Shown piece after piece: positions 41,201 to 55,150 of a stretch of 64,000 nt of DNA (positions are counted from its first letter, which is position 1; every line of letters begins with the position of its first letter). The stretch lies in the NCBI GenBank assembly GCA_038496445.1, contig JALMLS010000124.1, positions 124,001-188,000 on the forward strand, written 5' to 3'. The position numbers and the translations under genes were made by a program. This DNA comes from Trichosphaerium sp. ATCC 40318. Taxonomy: Eukaryota > Protista > Tubulinea. A model generated the notes under the pieces. That model was not told where the DNA came from and searched no databases. It saw only the letters and a program-made list of their open reading frames with translations.

Positions 41201-44200
41201 TTTTCTTTCTTCTTAAAGCTTGTGTGATATGTTCTCGACAAGCGAAGCTGATTCTTTTCTTGCTTTAGTCTGCCAACAAAGGTGATGATTTAGAGCTTCC
41301 CCTACCGAAGATAAATCCCTCGTCTATTAAATTAGAGCTTCATGATAATACAGGAAGTCGTAAGGTATGTTGAAGAGCTAGAATTTTTATGGTTTTGGTT
41401 TTATTATTAATTTTATTCTTCAGGATAAGCTGTGGAAAGAAATGGAAGATGATTTATTGGAGTTTCAGATTAAAGATTGGAGAAGGCTTAGAGAGATTCG
41501 TAATAAGATTAAAAAGAATCCTAACGCTTGTACAGCGCCAGTGGGTGGTACGTAATACCTTGAGGAAAAGATTAGAAAAATAAGCTCTCTTAAGCAACCC
41601 GTTAACGATTTTTTCATAGAATTTATTTACTTTTCTGTAAATATCAAGAACCCTCTTAAAATCCCACTTCAGTTCACTGATACTTACATCACTTGTAAAT
41701 ACGATAACCAAGTACGGCATTTATATATTTTTATTAATAATCGAGTGTTTTATTAACGTTTCATTACCACAACACAGAAAGAAGGTGATGAAGAGTCTGA
41801 GTTGTTCACTTATTCTCCGAGGAATCTCATGCTTCAGCCCATGGAGACCAAAAGGGAGCGCTTTGCAATTAAGCCTAATAAGCAAGGTGTTGTTACTGTC
41901 CAAGCTATTCATTTTTGCTTGTATGGTATCAAGGGAGTCCGAACAGTAAGTCAAAAAAACCCCAAAAATATTTCAAATATCAAAAACTTACTCTTTTTGT
42001 TTAGATTACAACCAAATTTTCAGTTACAGTGACATCTCCGATGCCTCTTTTAAAGCCTGGTATTCAACCTTGGCTATGGGAAGGTTTAGAGGGACAAGTA
42101 CGAAGAGCATTGTAATTGAGAGAAGAGATAGATATTGATTTTTGTGTTTCTAGGTTGTACACTTGACTCTTCGATTAAAGAATGCTGGGCAAAAGCCAAT
42201 GAGCAATGTTGCTATAAGATGTTCTCATCCAGATTGTTTTTCTTTCCCTGAATTAAAGCCAAGTGCACCAAGTACGTTATTGTGATGAAAATACACATTT
42301 TTCTGAGTGATGACCTGTGTCCTTCATTGTAACGCTGTTTTTTAGCCACAAAGAAGCTTTCACCTTTGAGAAAGAATGCTTTCTTGGCGTACAGAGTAAT
42401 TGCTCTTAATCTTGATCCTATTCTTCCAGGTAAGTCAACACGTGTTGATGGTTAAGTCCCCATTTTTTTCTCAAATCAATTGATCTTTTTTTGTAGGTGA
42501 TTCTGAGGATATTGTTGTTAAATTCAGAGCTGGTAAGCCTGGAAGGACAAGCTATAAGTTTGCATTTTACTATGAGAATCAAGTACGTACCTTTGTTGCA
42601 AAGAGGTTCCATTGTTTTGTTCTTTCTCTAAACTCGCAATTTTTTTTAGGAAGGAAATAATGAGATGCCATATAGGTTCCAACGTGCAGAGGTTGAAATG
42701 AAGATACGTGCATCTGTAGGTGTATCGTATATCATGAAACCTAGTATGTCTATTTTGAATGGATATACGCTTTGTGTAATGATAAACAATCGGAGAAAAC
42801 AACGTGGTAAAGTTAACTTGAGGTATGTTTGTTATTTTTTGTTTTTTATTTTTCCTGTTTTGGATGTTTTTTTGCTAATGTGGTTTTGATTTTAGGCAGA
42901 TTATTGGTGTTAGTGATAGATGGTCTATCACACCTTTGATTGAACCTGATTTGAAGTCAAATATTATTAATCTGGGCGAAAAAACGGATTTGTATTTTCA
43001 TGTTCAGCCAAAAAGTGCTGGAGAGGAAGATTCAGTTATACCTTTGGTACAAAGCGAATACCTTCTTTAATAATATTAAAATCTGACGTATTTATTCTAG
43101 TCAAAGACTGATATCATCCAAGATGTGAAAGTATTCAAGAATATCGTCAAAACGCACAAAAAGTGAGTTTCTAAAGTTTTTTTTTGATTTTTTCGACTCT
43201 TCCCCGGCTTTGTAATTCTTTTTTGTGCACACCATTGGTGCCACTCATTGTGCTACCCTTTTTTGTGGAGTGAATGGTAAATCACGGTTGGTTGTAGCCG
43301 AAGAATTGTGGTTCAATGCCATTCGGAGGGATTCTTTTTTTTTTTCTTTTACATTAGCTTCTCTTTCTCTTCGTTAGTTCTTGTTTGGTATTGATTGTAT
43401 ATTTTAGGAATATTCATATGATAACTGAAGAAAATAAAGTACAACAGTATATAGCTACAGAGGAGGAAGCAGTAGAACAGAGACGTGTTAAAGAAGAGAT
43501 AAAAAAGAATGAACTTGACATTATTGTTCTATGGGAATCCAAAGGCATCATTGGACAACACAACCTTCGTACGTACTCCTAATCACTCTAATAACCGTTA
43601 TTGATCTATACTCACGTGATATTCCTAGTTGACTTGGCTTTTCTGCCATCTCCAGGTGGTCATGCATACAAGGCGAGACATCCTGAGAATTTGCCGTTGA
43701 AGTTCTTTGTTGAATCTGAACAAACTGTACAACATGACTTTTCTAAATCAAGGTATGCGTGCAGCGACTGAATACCTATTTTCTATTTTGTTTTCTACAT
43801 GTAAAAGTACTTTATTGTTGGTTTTGTTTAAAGGAGTTTGTTGTTGGTCTTTTGTTGTGTTTGCTAACTTTTTTTTTTTTTCGTAGGATATGTAGCGTTC
43901 CTGTCAAGATAAAATTAATGAATGCCTCGCCTTACCATGCGATAAAATTCTCATTTGAGGCGTTACTTCCAAACAGTACAGTAGCTAAACAACAACATAA
44001 TGTCATAAAGTACGTAGGATACCCTGTGAGATCTCCTTGAAAGTCATACTAAAATTTCCTTTTTAGGCAAAATTCAAAGTATTTTTGGGCTGGCAAGACG
44101 AACACTGATTCCATTGAGATGTCTCCTGGATCTACATTTGATATTGAACTTAGTGCTTGTTTCACATCAGTTGGTATCTATAACGTCAATAGGATAAAAT

Positions 44201-44274
44201 TTTTAGTTGATGATAATGGTCATCATATTACAATGTACTCTCCATTTCAGTACTTGGTAAATGTTACACTGTAA
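38231..44274 (+). CDS. TRAPPC8: Trafficking protein particle complex subunit 8 (Trs85)
   Basis: N-terminal FVPTVLVVTS; YVVIHDV; ALVPHM; RQLADWAFMLGDFALA..YE; LYEQAG; W..INDHMHF; NPLKIPL; C-terminal YFWAGK..GIYNVN; roughly 30 exons. Confidence 0.85.
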
Positions 44275-44670
44275 TTTAATCTCATACATTCAAAAACCAA
44301 ATATTAATAAAAAAACATACTTTCAAGTGTTTTGAAATAACAACTTAAAGTTTTACACCGCAGTTGGGTCAAATCTTTACTTTTTTTTCCCCGCTTCTCC
44401 CAGCCTAGAATACTGGTTCTATAACGCGTGCGGTGTTTCTGTGAGATGTAAAAAACCACTTGATTGGTCAAGTGCGCATCCTTCAAGCTAGACACTATGT
44501 TGAACTTTGTCTAAAATTGTATGGTTTTGAGTGTGTACTGAGAAAAGTTTTTGTGTTTTATTTCGGTTTCTGTTGCTATTTTTGGGCACCATTTCTGAAA
44601 AATCTTGACCTCCAACAGATATCTCATTACAGCTTATATCTTGGTGACGTAGTGATCGATCTGTAGCCAA

Positions 44671-45699
44671 ATGAACAAGAACACACCCTTTTTTGATGAG
44701 ACTCCTATTGAAGTTCTCGTTCACCTCCTCCATTATGTTCCAGAGTTATCCATGCACTCAGTAGTACGTACAAGCAAACTGTTATCAAATATCTCTGAAA
44801 AGCACCTGGGATACAGAGATATACGAGATATATACATCACAAGCGCTAAAAAGCTTAAAAAACTGTTCAAGAACGCACCATACCTCATCAAAACAAATCG
44901 TATTATCGTTCAATTTACTCTTAAACAAAAGCATTTACAGTATCTACAAGGAGTGTATAACCTAAAAATATGTCGAGGGTTATCAAAGGTAGATTTTCGT
45001 GATTTCAAAGTCGAAAACTGCATTGATCTTGGTTCTTGTACTACAGTATATGATGAGCATCTTAAACAGCTTTCAGGAGTCCATCATTTAATATTAAGTA
45101 ACACTGAAACAATTACAAATTTAGGACTTAGAGCTCTTAGTGGTGTTCATACTTTAGATCTTAGCTCAACGCACGTGTCAGATAACGGTGTGAGAAAGTT
45201 ATGTGGTGTTCATACTATTAATCTCTACGCCACTGCTATCACAGATGTCAGTCTGTTAAGTTTGGTTGGTGTATATGCGATTGGTTTAAGCCACTGTTAT
45301 AATATAAGCGATGAAGGCATCAAGGCTATAGCTGGAGTACATAAAATAGATTTAAGCTATTGTGAACAAATAACAGATGAAGGTATAAAAGCTTTGAAAG
45401 GTGTTCATTCGATTAACTTGGACTCCACAAATGTTACAGATGAAGGTATTAAAGCACTATCAGGCGTTCATACAATTGATTTATCAAGTTGTGTTGATAT
45501 AACTGATGAAGGCGTCACAGCATTGGCAGGTGTTTATACCATTAGTCTTCGTTCTACAAAAATTACAGATAGTAGTTTAAAAGCACTTTCTGGTGCTCAT
45601 GAGATTGATGCTAGCTATTGTGAAAATGTAACAGATGAAGCCATTGAGGCAATGGCATGTGTTCATGAAATTGATAGAGTTATTGTGGTCATTTGCTGA
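44671..45699 (+). CDS. F-box + short (21-22 aa) LRR protein, single ORF
   Basis: F-box-like FDETPIEVLVHLLHYV; about 10 repeats of VHTIDLSxxx(x)TDEGIKALxG. Confidence 0.85.
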   Translation: MNKNTPFFDETPIEVLVHLLHYVPELSMHSVVRTSKLLSNISEKHLGYRDIRDIYITSAKKLKKLFKNAPYLIKTNRIIVQFTLKQKHLQYLQGVYNLKICRGLSKVDFRDFKVENCIDLGSCTTVYDEHLKQLSGVHHLILSNTETITNLGLRALSGVHTLDLSSTHVSDNGVRKLCGVHTINLYATAITDVSLLSLVGVYAIGLSHCYNISDEGIKAIAGVHKIDLSYCEQITDEGIKALKGVHSINLDSTNVTDEGIKALSGVHTIDLSSCVDITDEGVTALAGVYTISLRSTKITDSSLKALSGAHEIDASYCENVTDEAIEAMACVHEIDRVIVVIC

Positions 45700-45988
45700 A
45701 GGATCTAAATGTCCCTAAAATCAATAAAGGTTCCACCTGTCATTAGTTAGTACTTGATCGTCATCACGTGTTATTTGAACAGCTCCAATGGAGCATCTGG
45801 TTTTAAATAAATACAAAGGCAACAATGTACTTTCATTGTGAATCGATAAGCATTAAACCTAACGGCTGCTGAAGTTGTTATATTGGCAGTTGTACAATAT
45901 CAGAAAAATATGAGAAAGAGTTACAAAGCAGTACACAATACGGTGTTTTTGTGAATAAACTATACATTTATTTTTATGAACTATTAAT

Positions 45989-48735
45989 TTAGTTATCATA
46001 ATTAGACATGGATATATCGTGTCCTTCAACATTTTCTTCAATAAATGCATCCAAATATGCATCAGCAATTGAAGAACCAACAAGCTCAACTTCACTAGTT
46101 GTATACTCATCAGATGCTTCTTTAGGTGGTCCATTAGACATATACTTTGAACGACGTCTCTTAGAGTCCCTCTTATTTGCCCATACGCAAAACAAGATGA
46201 GGATACATACTATAATAATAAGTGTTCCTGTTGCAGCAACACCAACCATTATTTCTTTACTCCTCTTTATTCTATCAAGAGTATTCTTAGTACTCTTGGT
46301 AGGTGTTTCTTCTGTAGGAGGTAGTGCTCTTATAGCACTTTGTGTAACCGTAGGTGGGGCTACTACTGTAGGTGGAGTCTAAAAGTGGAAAGTTACTTTT
46401 TTGCTGTTGTATGAATTGTTAGTTTCTGTTGTCGTACTGTTAGCGTTGTTCCGGAGGATGCCACGCCTGTATCCGTTGCTGCAAGAGCGTCGCCATTCTC
46501 TAGGTATTTACTTACAGCCACAGCTGCTACTACATTACCTAAGGCAATGTGTAAATGAATTGTGGTTGGTGTACATGAGCTTTATAAAACGACGTACTGT
46601 TTGGTGTGAGAACGAGGGTTATGATAGTGCCGTCATTCATACGTTTACTAGTAGGAGGCGCAGCTCTTTGTGTAATTGTTGCGTCAGCAGCAGTCATTTC
46701 CATCTCTGATAGTACAGAACTAACGATTTGGTTGAGTTGAGCAACAGGTATTGGATGTGCAGCTTCTACTCCCATTTCTAATGTTACATCTAAAACAAAC
46801 AATCATTTCTTTCGTTACCACGTCAGTAATGGGCTGCGTACTTGTTTCAATACATCTAGTAGCAGTATCCTCACCATCAAATGTAACATATCCAGTCTAT
46901 TACCAACTAGTTAGCACAAGTGCAAGCGCAAAAAAAAAACCACAAAAGAATGGCGAGAGTATTTTGCTTTCTTGGCTTACACCTAATGTCCACGTGGTTG
47001 ATTCACCACGGAATGTCAAGCGGAATAGTTCTAATGATGGGTAGTATGGCGCAGTTCCTGTGAATTCAACAGGCAAAGAGGCTGCATCAGAGCTTAGAAA
47101 GTTGTTTTTACCAACAGGAACACGCAAGTCCTTTTCCTACAAAGTACATTGAGTTTTTTGCTTTTTCTCGTTGGTAACGTTCTTCAACGTACTTTTGTTG
47201 TCCAACCGAGGAAGGCTATGTAAGTACCATCACCATTATTCAATACACAATCTACACGAGGGGCTACCTTTTGGTAGAGTAAGCAAAAACCAAGCTCCAC
47301 AAGTGTAACAAGAAAGGGTATAAAGCGATGTTGACGTACGTTTGGATATGCCGTCTCGTTCGATGGTGCTGTAGGCGGCACTGCCGTTGGCTCATCACCA
47401 ATACCTGTATGTGTTGGTGCTGTTGGACCCATTGTAGGTGGGTCAGTAGTCTCCATTGGCATCATCGTAGGCATTTCTGTTGTTGGAATTTCCATTGGAG
47501 GCATTGTTGTTGGAGAAGCAGTTGGAGTGATAGTTGTAGGATGAGGCGATGTTGGAGGCACGGTAGTTGGAGGAATAGTTGTTGGAGCGACTGTAGTTGG
47601 GTGAGGTGCTGTTGGAGCCACGGTCGTTGGAGGAGTAGTCGTTGGAGCAATAGTTGTAGGATGAGGCGATGTTGGAGGCACGGTCGTTGGCGGATTAGTT
47701 GTTGGAGCAACTGTAGTTGGGTGTGGCGATGTTGGCGGCACTGTTGTTGGCGGAACCGTAGTCGGAGGAACTGTAGTTGGAGCTGCAGTAGTTGGAGGAA
47801 CTGTTGTTGGCAGAATCGTAGTTGGAGGCACCGTAGTTGGAGGAACTGTAGTTGGAGGCGTCGTTGTTGGCGGAACCGTTGTTGGAGGAACTGTTGTTGG
47901 AGGCACCGTTGTTGGAGGTAGTGTAGTAGGTGCTTCCGTTGCGACACCTTCAGCGAGTGTTATCGATCTATCTGCCCAAGCACATTGACCACCTCCACGT
48001 GATACAACAAGCCAATACTATCCAAACAATAAGTCAAAAAATGAATTGGTAAAACCATTAATTTTTTACTGCAATCGTACTCTTAGTGTTATTGTTCCAC
48101 TACCAGCTTCAGGTGCTAGCCATTCAAAAGACATATCTTCTGTTATCTCATCCCCATTAATGTGTCTTACAGTATTACCTGATGAGCAAATTGAAGGTGC
48201 TCCACTTCCAGAAAAGTCAGTTGTAAGTTTTGTGACAGCAGGTAAGTTTGTCACTGCGAATGAACCCATAGGCATACTACCAGCGTAGCTAGATAACATT
48301 AAACCCTAAAGAAAGATATCTCAGTCAACAATACTGTTTTGATGACAAGAAAAATACAAAAAACCATCCTTTGCTATTTTCTTTCATTTTCGACGTACTT
48401 TCCAAGGTCCACCGCCTACAGTTACTGCATAAGTCTGTCCTGGTATATAGGTAGTCGTCAAGCCGTTGTAGGTTACTCTTGCGTCAGTATCTGAGGCATC
48501 GCTTGGGCTTGATTTAGAAATGTAACGATAAAAAGTAAAGGTTTCCGTTGTAGACGCGTAGAATAGCTTGTTGGTAAACGAATAAGCCAATTACGTACCT
48601 TTGACACATGTTGTTACAAATAGTGGCTTCGGAAGCTGGACATAACCCAACTAGGCCTGAACTACTCGCACTTACGCTAATAATCAAGTGGTGTAATAGC
48701 AAGCAAGCGATCGATGATAGGATCGATAAACGCAT
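45989..48735 (-). CDS. Type I membrane protein: Reeler-like domain, mucin stalk, bacterial-like beta domain, transmembrane helix, short cytoplasmic tail
   Basis: Signal peptide MRLSILSSIACLLL; YIPGQTYAVTV..WKG|LML..FEWLAPEAGSGTITL (Reeler); PPTT repeats; VDCVLNNGDGTYIAFLGW..VPVGKNNF; TM IMVGVAATGTLIIIVCILILFCVW followed by KRDSKRRR. Confidence 0.78.
47520..47915 (-). repeat. Coding minisatellite: 15-bp PPTTV units and four 60-bp PTSPHPTTVAPTTxPPTTVP units
   Basis: 60-bp periodicity visible in consecutive sequence lines 47521-47760. Confidence 0.9.
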
Positions 48736-49104
48736 ATTAATTAATGCTGTGGTGTGGGTGAGTGGGGTTGACGGTTGTACTGGGTGTTTTGCGCTAGCTG
48801 CTTGGACCAACAACGACTTTTTCGCTTATTTAGTAACGTATTTGTGTACTGAACTTTGTGGTGATACCAGTCAGTTCCGACTCGATTTTGTAGTGTTTGT
48901 GCATAAATTACGTTTAAAGAATAGGCGAGCACTCTTAACTTGGAAAGTGTCACCTTGTTTACCGTAGAACCGTAAGATTTCGCCTTGCCACTCTGTGACA
49001 AGTTTGTAGTTAAGTTATCCACCACGCTGCATTATTTTTTACACTATCGCTTACGAGAGCAGCTAGAAGGTTGATATGAAGTTGCATAGTTGAGTGTTTG
49101 CTGT

Positions 49105-50518
49105 ATGGACAATCTTGCAATACAAAGGGATGTTGTACAGAGTTTTTCGCTTGAAAAGCGATTTACTGACAACGTACGCCATTTTTGCAGCGTTTAATGG
49201 CTATATTGGCTGCAAATGCCTGAAAAGTTGCCTGGTACTACCGAGGTGCATCTAAGCGTGTTATCAAGGAAGATGGCGCAGTAAATGCGATGGATATCTC
49301 GTATGATGGTCAAATCATTGTTACATCCGCCAACGATGAAAATATACGCATATACGATTGTAACAAGGGAATGTATGCATAGATTATACTCTTATAAACT
49401 TATTATTCATAAATACGCCATAGGAGACTCAGATACGTGCCATGTAAGAAGTATGGCTGTGATTTAGTAAGATTCACCAACCAATCAAAATCACAAGTAT
49501 TATGTGCTTCAAGAAACGGATGGGATGGTACCAATACACTTGAAACGCGTAAAAACTAACTTATAACCCTCATAGAAACATTACGACATCTGTCTTTAGA
49601 AAACAATTGCTACCTCCGTTATTTCAAAGGACACAGAGACAAGTACGTTGTACTACTACATCTGACTTCGCTCTAACCTTAGCAATAGGGTTGTATCTAT
49701 CTCTGTTTCATCTGCTGGTGATATATTCCTATCAGCGTCTCTTGATAAGTCTGTACGCTTGTGGGATTTGAGATCTCCAGTCTGCCAAGTACAACAAATT
49801 TTTTTTTTGCGAAGTTTGCTTTTTTTCTAAAGGCGCGGTTGTAGGGAATGTTGAAGCGTACGGAACGTGTTGCTGTATGTTTTGAACCAGAAGGTGTTGC
49901 ATTTGCAGCTATATCTACGCCTAACGTTGTTAAATTATATGATGTTAGAAATCTAGACAAGGTATTGTATGTCACATGGTACTTTGAAAACTAAAATATT
50001 TTTTGCAAAAAGGGACCGTTTTCGACATTCCGGATAAGGAACAATCAGAAGGAAGATTGGCGTACAGTATCATTCAGCCCTGATGGGAAATATATATTAC
50101 TATCAACTGCTTCTAATCTAGTATACTTGTTGGATGCGTTTACAGGAGAAAAGGTAAAAAATACCCAAACACATTTACCCTAACTTACTGTTTTTATTAG
50201 ATTCAACAATATACCTCCTTTGTAAATGATGACTTAGTCTTAGAGCCATGCTTTAGCCCTGATGCTCAATTCGTTCTTTCAGGGTCTACAGATGGTACTG
50301 TACATATTTGGGATACCATATCAGGTACGTAACAAAACAAACCACGTGTTGTTTGATATTGGGTTCCCTTTTTTTTGACGATGTCTTTAGGTAGAGAGGT
50401 TGATGTGTGGCATGGTAGGAATGGTCCAGTGACGTCAGTCATGTGGAATCCAAGGCTAATGGTAGTTGCAACAACAGCCACAAACTTGAGTTTGTGGGCA
50501 CCTTCAAAGCAGCCATAG
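49105..50518 (+). CDS. WDR82: WD repeat protein 82 (Swd2; COMPASS/PP1 subunit)
   Basis: [81 protein letters not shown]. Confidence 0.9.
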
Positions 50519-50755
50519 GCGAAAACAAAAAGAACTCCATTCAATTGAAATCCAAAAATGTTTTGCTCGTGACTTAAGTTGAGAATGGCTCAAAATTGTC
50601 GTTGATGTATTCCTAAGAGATAATAATAGTTGTACCGAGGAGATAAGTGAGAGAGGGGATGAATAAATGTATTAGTAGCAATATCTGTTGCGTCAGTGGT
50701 TTTTTTTCGTTTAAGTTGTACAAAGTCAACCCTTTCACGTTGTACCAACGGGAGG

Positions 50756-52145
50756 ATGGCTGGTACGTATTGCTAAATCTAGAAAATACGCTAAAATGTC
50801 ATAAAAAGGCTACGAAGTGTTTGGATGGCAGTTGATTGTTATAATCATCTTATTTGCGCTTGTTATCATTGGTCTAGCGGTTATGCAAGCCTGGTGGGAC
50901 TTTAGAACAGAGTACGTTGTAAAACCACTTTAAACACTGCGCCAACGCTGTGAGACGTTGAAAATAAATGCTAAGACTACTCGGACTAACCTCATTGCCA
51001 GAAACGCCGATTGGAAAATAGAGAAAGGTTCAAAAAAGTCCGAAAGACACTTCATTGAATCCATGACTGTCTGTTGGTTTCACGTGGCTCTAATCCTATT
51101 TAGGTAGACTAACAAGTACTACGTGTGGTTCTTATGTAATACTCATGTTTATACGATGGTTTTTATTTCTGTGGTGCCTGGTAATTGAGTCAGATGTAAA
51201 AAGTAATTAATGTGAACAAATTTAGGGTATTCTTCTCTTTCTGATCTTCAAGGACCTTCCAGATATCACTTGGGAGATTTTTTCCTTCTTTACTGTATGG
51301 TAATAATCTTGTTTATTATAATTGAGAGTATAACATATCTGTAGGAACTACATAGTACTCACAATCTTCTTTGGAGTAAGCGGTTTTTTGTTGAAAAAAA
51401 ATTCTCGGAAAAAAAAACTTGCGAGTATCTATGAGTTGTAGGCTCTAAACCAAGTTCTTTTAGATTGGATCATACTTGAGCATGCATAGATACTTTTTCT
51501 CAGATGATTTTTTAAGACAACGTGAGACGATTGGGTTTGTTGGAAAGTCATTTCTTGTATTATTTCAAGTATGCTGTGTCATGTCTTTATTAGTACGTTT
51601 TACACCTCCATCCTTTTCTTTCCCTCATCATCTCAAACATTTAGGTTGATTCTGTGACATGGATTATACTGTATCCAACATTCAAGGGTACAGAAGAGGA
51701 AGCACTACTCATAAATTTTGTGAGTTATAATCAACATGGCACAAATTTCATTTGTCTTCTGATTGAGTTTGCTCTTAATTTGTGCGTCCCTTGAGTTGCT
51801 TGATCTTTAAAATAAGCTGACTTGTTTTAAAGAATGCCAGTTTATGCAGTTCATGTGTCTTTTGCATTATACTGGGGCGTTCTTTATGCTTGTTTTGCGT
51901 TGTTATATAAGGTCTTTGGTGGAGATTGGAGGTACCCTTTCCTTGATACTAAGAGTCCTTTTGCTGTTGCTTGGTATGTTGGGATATCCCTTTTTATTCT
52001 TGCTTTTTGGTTCATGGTATACGGTGCATCAAAGTTCAAGTATTGGTAAGGGCTAGATTGTTGTCATTTGACACCCTGATGTTAACATTGATTTAGGTTA
52101 TTATTCAAGAAGAAAAAGCACTTTGGATACGACATTGAATACTGA
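50756..52145 (+). CDS. Multi-pass membrane protein, FAR-17a/AIG1 or rolling-stone-like
   Basis: FFLLYC/TVWNY-type segment, QHGTNFICLLIEFALN, WRYPFLD and several hydrophobic helices. Confidence 0.6.
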
Positions 52146-52642
52146 AGCGACAACTGCCGTGAATAAACATCAAATAGGCGGTTATGGATCAACTGAAACG
52201 ACAATATGATTACAGTAATACACCTCGTTGAACTAAAAATCGAAAACAACAAAGATAGCAAAAACAAAAAAGTTACAAAATTTTTAGAACCTTGGGTTAA
52301 TACAATGTCATAGTCATCATTAATATGTATGTTATCGAATACAATATGTAACTATCTAGCACTAAACGAGGGGCACTCATCTTTACTTTACACGACAGTC
52401 TTCCAAACTAAAAACAAAAAAACTACAACGGAAACAAGGACCTTTTCATATTGACATTTATTAGTCCGGAGAACGTTACTTTCCCCCACTTCTTATACAC
52501 CTCTTGACACTTGCAATATTTCACAGTGGAAAAAGACTGTAAAATGGCCAAACATCCAGAAAAGTCCACATTTTTCAATGAGCATATTTTCCTTGACCTC
52601 TGGTCTTATTTTCAAGGGAGCAACATTAGAACCACTAAAACA

Positions 52643-54497
52643 ATGAATTTCATAAGTGTTTCAGTTGACCAAGCGCTTGCTTATTACCGTAGTAACCGTA
52701 GAGAAGCGTTTGGTAAAATCACTTCAATACAACACGATTCATTCATAAAACAGGTCGAACGTATCTTAGATGCGTCAAATACAACACTCATAGATCAGCT
52801 CGACAATATTCTGTTCAAACGCATTAATACTTCTGATAGTATAACTTACCCAACCTCCCATCATTCTGTATCACCAAACAATGAACATAAAAGAGAGTAC
52901 GCGATTAATATTGGAAGTAACAAGATTACAAATTTGTTCTTGCTTTTGACCTTTTTATTGTTTTTCTGCACAGTAAGTGCTTCCATGTTTTTTACCGGCA
53001 TTACTACATATTGACGTTGTTTTACTGACACCAAAATTTAGTGTACAACCTAAAGAGGAAGCCACTATTTTGGATTTTCCAGTTGAAGTTATTACGAATA
53101 TTCTAAGAAATACAAAAGGACAAGATAGATTTTCAATTGCTCAATCTTGTCATTTGATGTCTGATATTATTCATCATATTGTTGGATATAGCAGAGTATA
53201 TCTAGATTGTATTCCAGATATCCTAAAGATACAACAATACAAGGGTGTCATGAAAAATTCAGTAGTATCTCTTTGTGAGATGAAAGACACGTGTTATTCA
53301 TTACTATCTGGCTGTCACAATATAAAAGCGGAGAGTTTACATTATCGGTATATAACAGATAACGACTTGAAACAGCTCTCAGGTATTCATTCAATTAACC
53401 TTGGAAGTTGCCGTGAAATAACAGATGAAGGAATAATAGCACTTGAGGGGATTCATACAATAAATCTTGCGCATACTGAAGTGACTGATAGGTCACTTAA
53501 AGCACTTAAAGATGTTCACACAATCAATCTCTTTTGTACTGATATAACAGATCAAGGTATAAAAGAACTAAAAGGCACTCATAGTATTAATCTTCAATGT
53601 ACTGAAGTGACAGATAAATCACTTTCAGCACTAAGGAATGTACATACAATTTCTCTTCCGTCAAAAATTACAGATGACGGTATCAAACTTCTCAAGGCAC
53701 CTTACAATGTTAACCTCGATCGTTGTAATAAAATTACAGATGAAGGTATCAAAGCATTGGCAAACATACATACTATAAGCCTCTGGGGCAGTACAGTTAC
53801 AGATGAAGGAGTAAAACCACTTGCCGGAGTGCATGAAATCAACCTTTGTAGTTGTGAACATATAACAGATGAAGGTATCAAAGCACTCAAAGGTGCTCAT
53901 ACAATAAACCTCAACAACACCTTAGTGACTGATGCAGGCATTAAGGCACTCGAGGGAGTTCATAAAATCAGCCTGTGTCATTGTGAAAATATTACAGATG
54001 AAGGTATCAAAGCACTCAAAGGTGTACATACAATAAACCTCAACAACACCTCAGTATCAAGTGAAGGAGTCAAAGCGCTCAAAGGAGTTCACACAATCCA
54101 TCTTGTTAACACTCTAGTAACAGATGAGGGTATCAAAGCACTTGGTGGCGTTCACACTATTGACCTTTCTAAAGCTGCAATTACAGATGAAGGAATCAAG
54201 TGTTTGGCAGGTGTACACAATATCAAATTGTATAGGTGTAAGGATGTGACTGATGAAGGCATCAAAATGCTTTCGGGCGTTCATACAATAGATCTTAGTT
54301 GTTGCAAACAAGTTACAAATGAAGGTATTAAAGCCTTAGCAGGTGTTCATACAATCGACATTGAGTACACTTCAGTGACAGATGTCACAGCATTACAGGG
54401 TGTCCGTTTCATAAACGTGAGACATGTCTATGATGGTATAGATGCTCTAATAGAAGCAGTGCCAAATGTCAAGATACACTATAATCAAGACACTTGA
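52643..54497 (+). CDS. Family-specific N-terminal domain + F-box + ~17 short LRRs (intron 52897-53041)
   Basis: Exon 1 MNFISVSVDQALAYYR...; phase-2 intron joins to DVQPKEEATILDFPVEVITNIL (F-box); 21/22-aa LRRs. Confidence 0.85.
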
Positions 54498-54532
54498 TAA
54501 TAATAATAAACTGTTTTATTCAAGTTTTATTT

Positions 54533-55150
54533 TTATCCATAGAATTTTGAGTCAAAGTAGTTTTTTAGACTGTTATAATCTCCATCCCGGGCATAAGTCA
54601 TCGCCTGTTTGTAATATTTGTTTATCATATTTTGACGTTTTGTTATAAAATTATTAACTGCTTCCTCAAAAGTAACAGCGCTCTCAATGTACTTTCTCAG
54701 TTCATTCTCACCCTCATCCCAATTGATAACATCATACAGTTGTTGTAGCTCGTTTAAGGATTTCTGACTGCATGTAAACTGCATAAAGACATAGACTAAT
54801 GCCACGAGGTCATGACGAGGTTGAAAATAAACTTTCTTCTGTTCAATGAAAGCAAGTATCATCTCATCACATGCGAAGAACATTGTGCCTGCATAGTAGT
54901 GCTCTTAATTCCTTTTTACAGCAGTACCCCAATCAACTAGGTAAATTTGTTCTTCATGTACAAGTATATTACAGCGCTCAAATCACTAAAACCAACAAAT
55001 CAGCAAACATGCAAAAAAAAAAAAAAAAAAAGATTACCGATAAACGTCCAAAATTGTGAGCGCATTGCAGAACCTCTATACGAACCAGGAATCCAAGCTG
55101 ACTGAGACGTATTCTCTTCTCCAATATGATTGTAGATCACAAGAACACAT
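54533..55150 (-). pseudogene. Disrupted protein kinase (CK1/FunK1-like C-lobe)
   Basis: LQCAHNF../YR|DL/(frameshift)RCNILV, IYLVDWGTAV, in-frame TAA, YAGTMFFACDE, PRHDLVALVY; no N-lobe recognised. Confidence 0.65.

Noticed and set aside
54900-54915. In-frame TAA in the kinase suggesting stop-codon reassignment
   Set aside because: Conserved genes end in TAA, TAG and TGA and show no internal stops after splicing; this kinase also has frameshifts.
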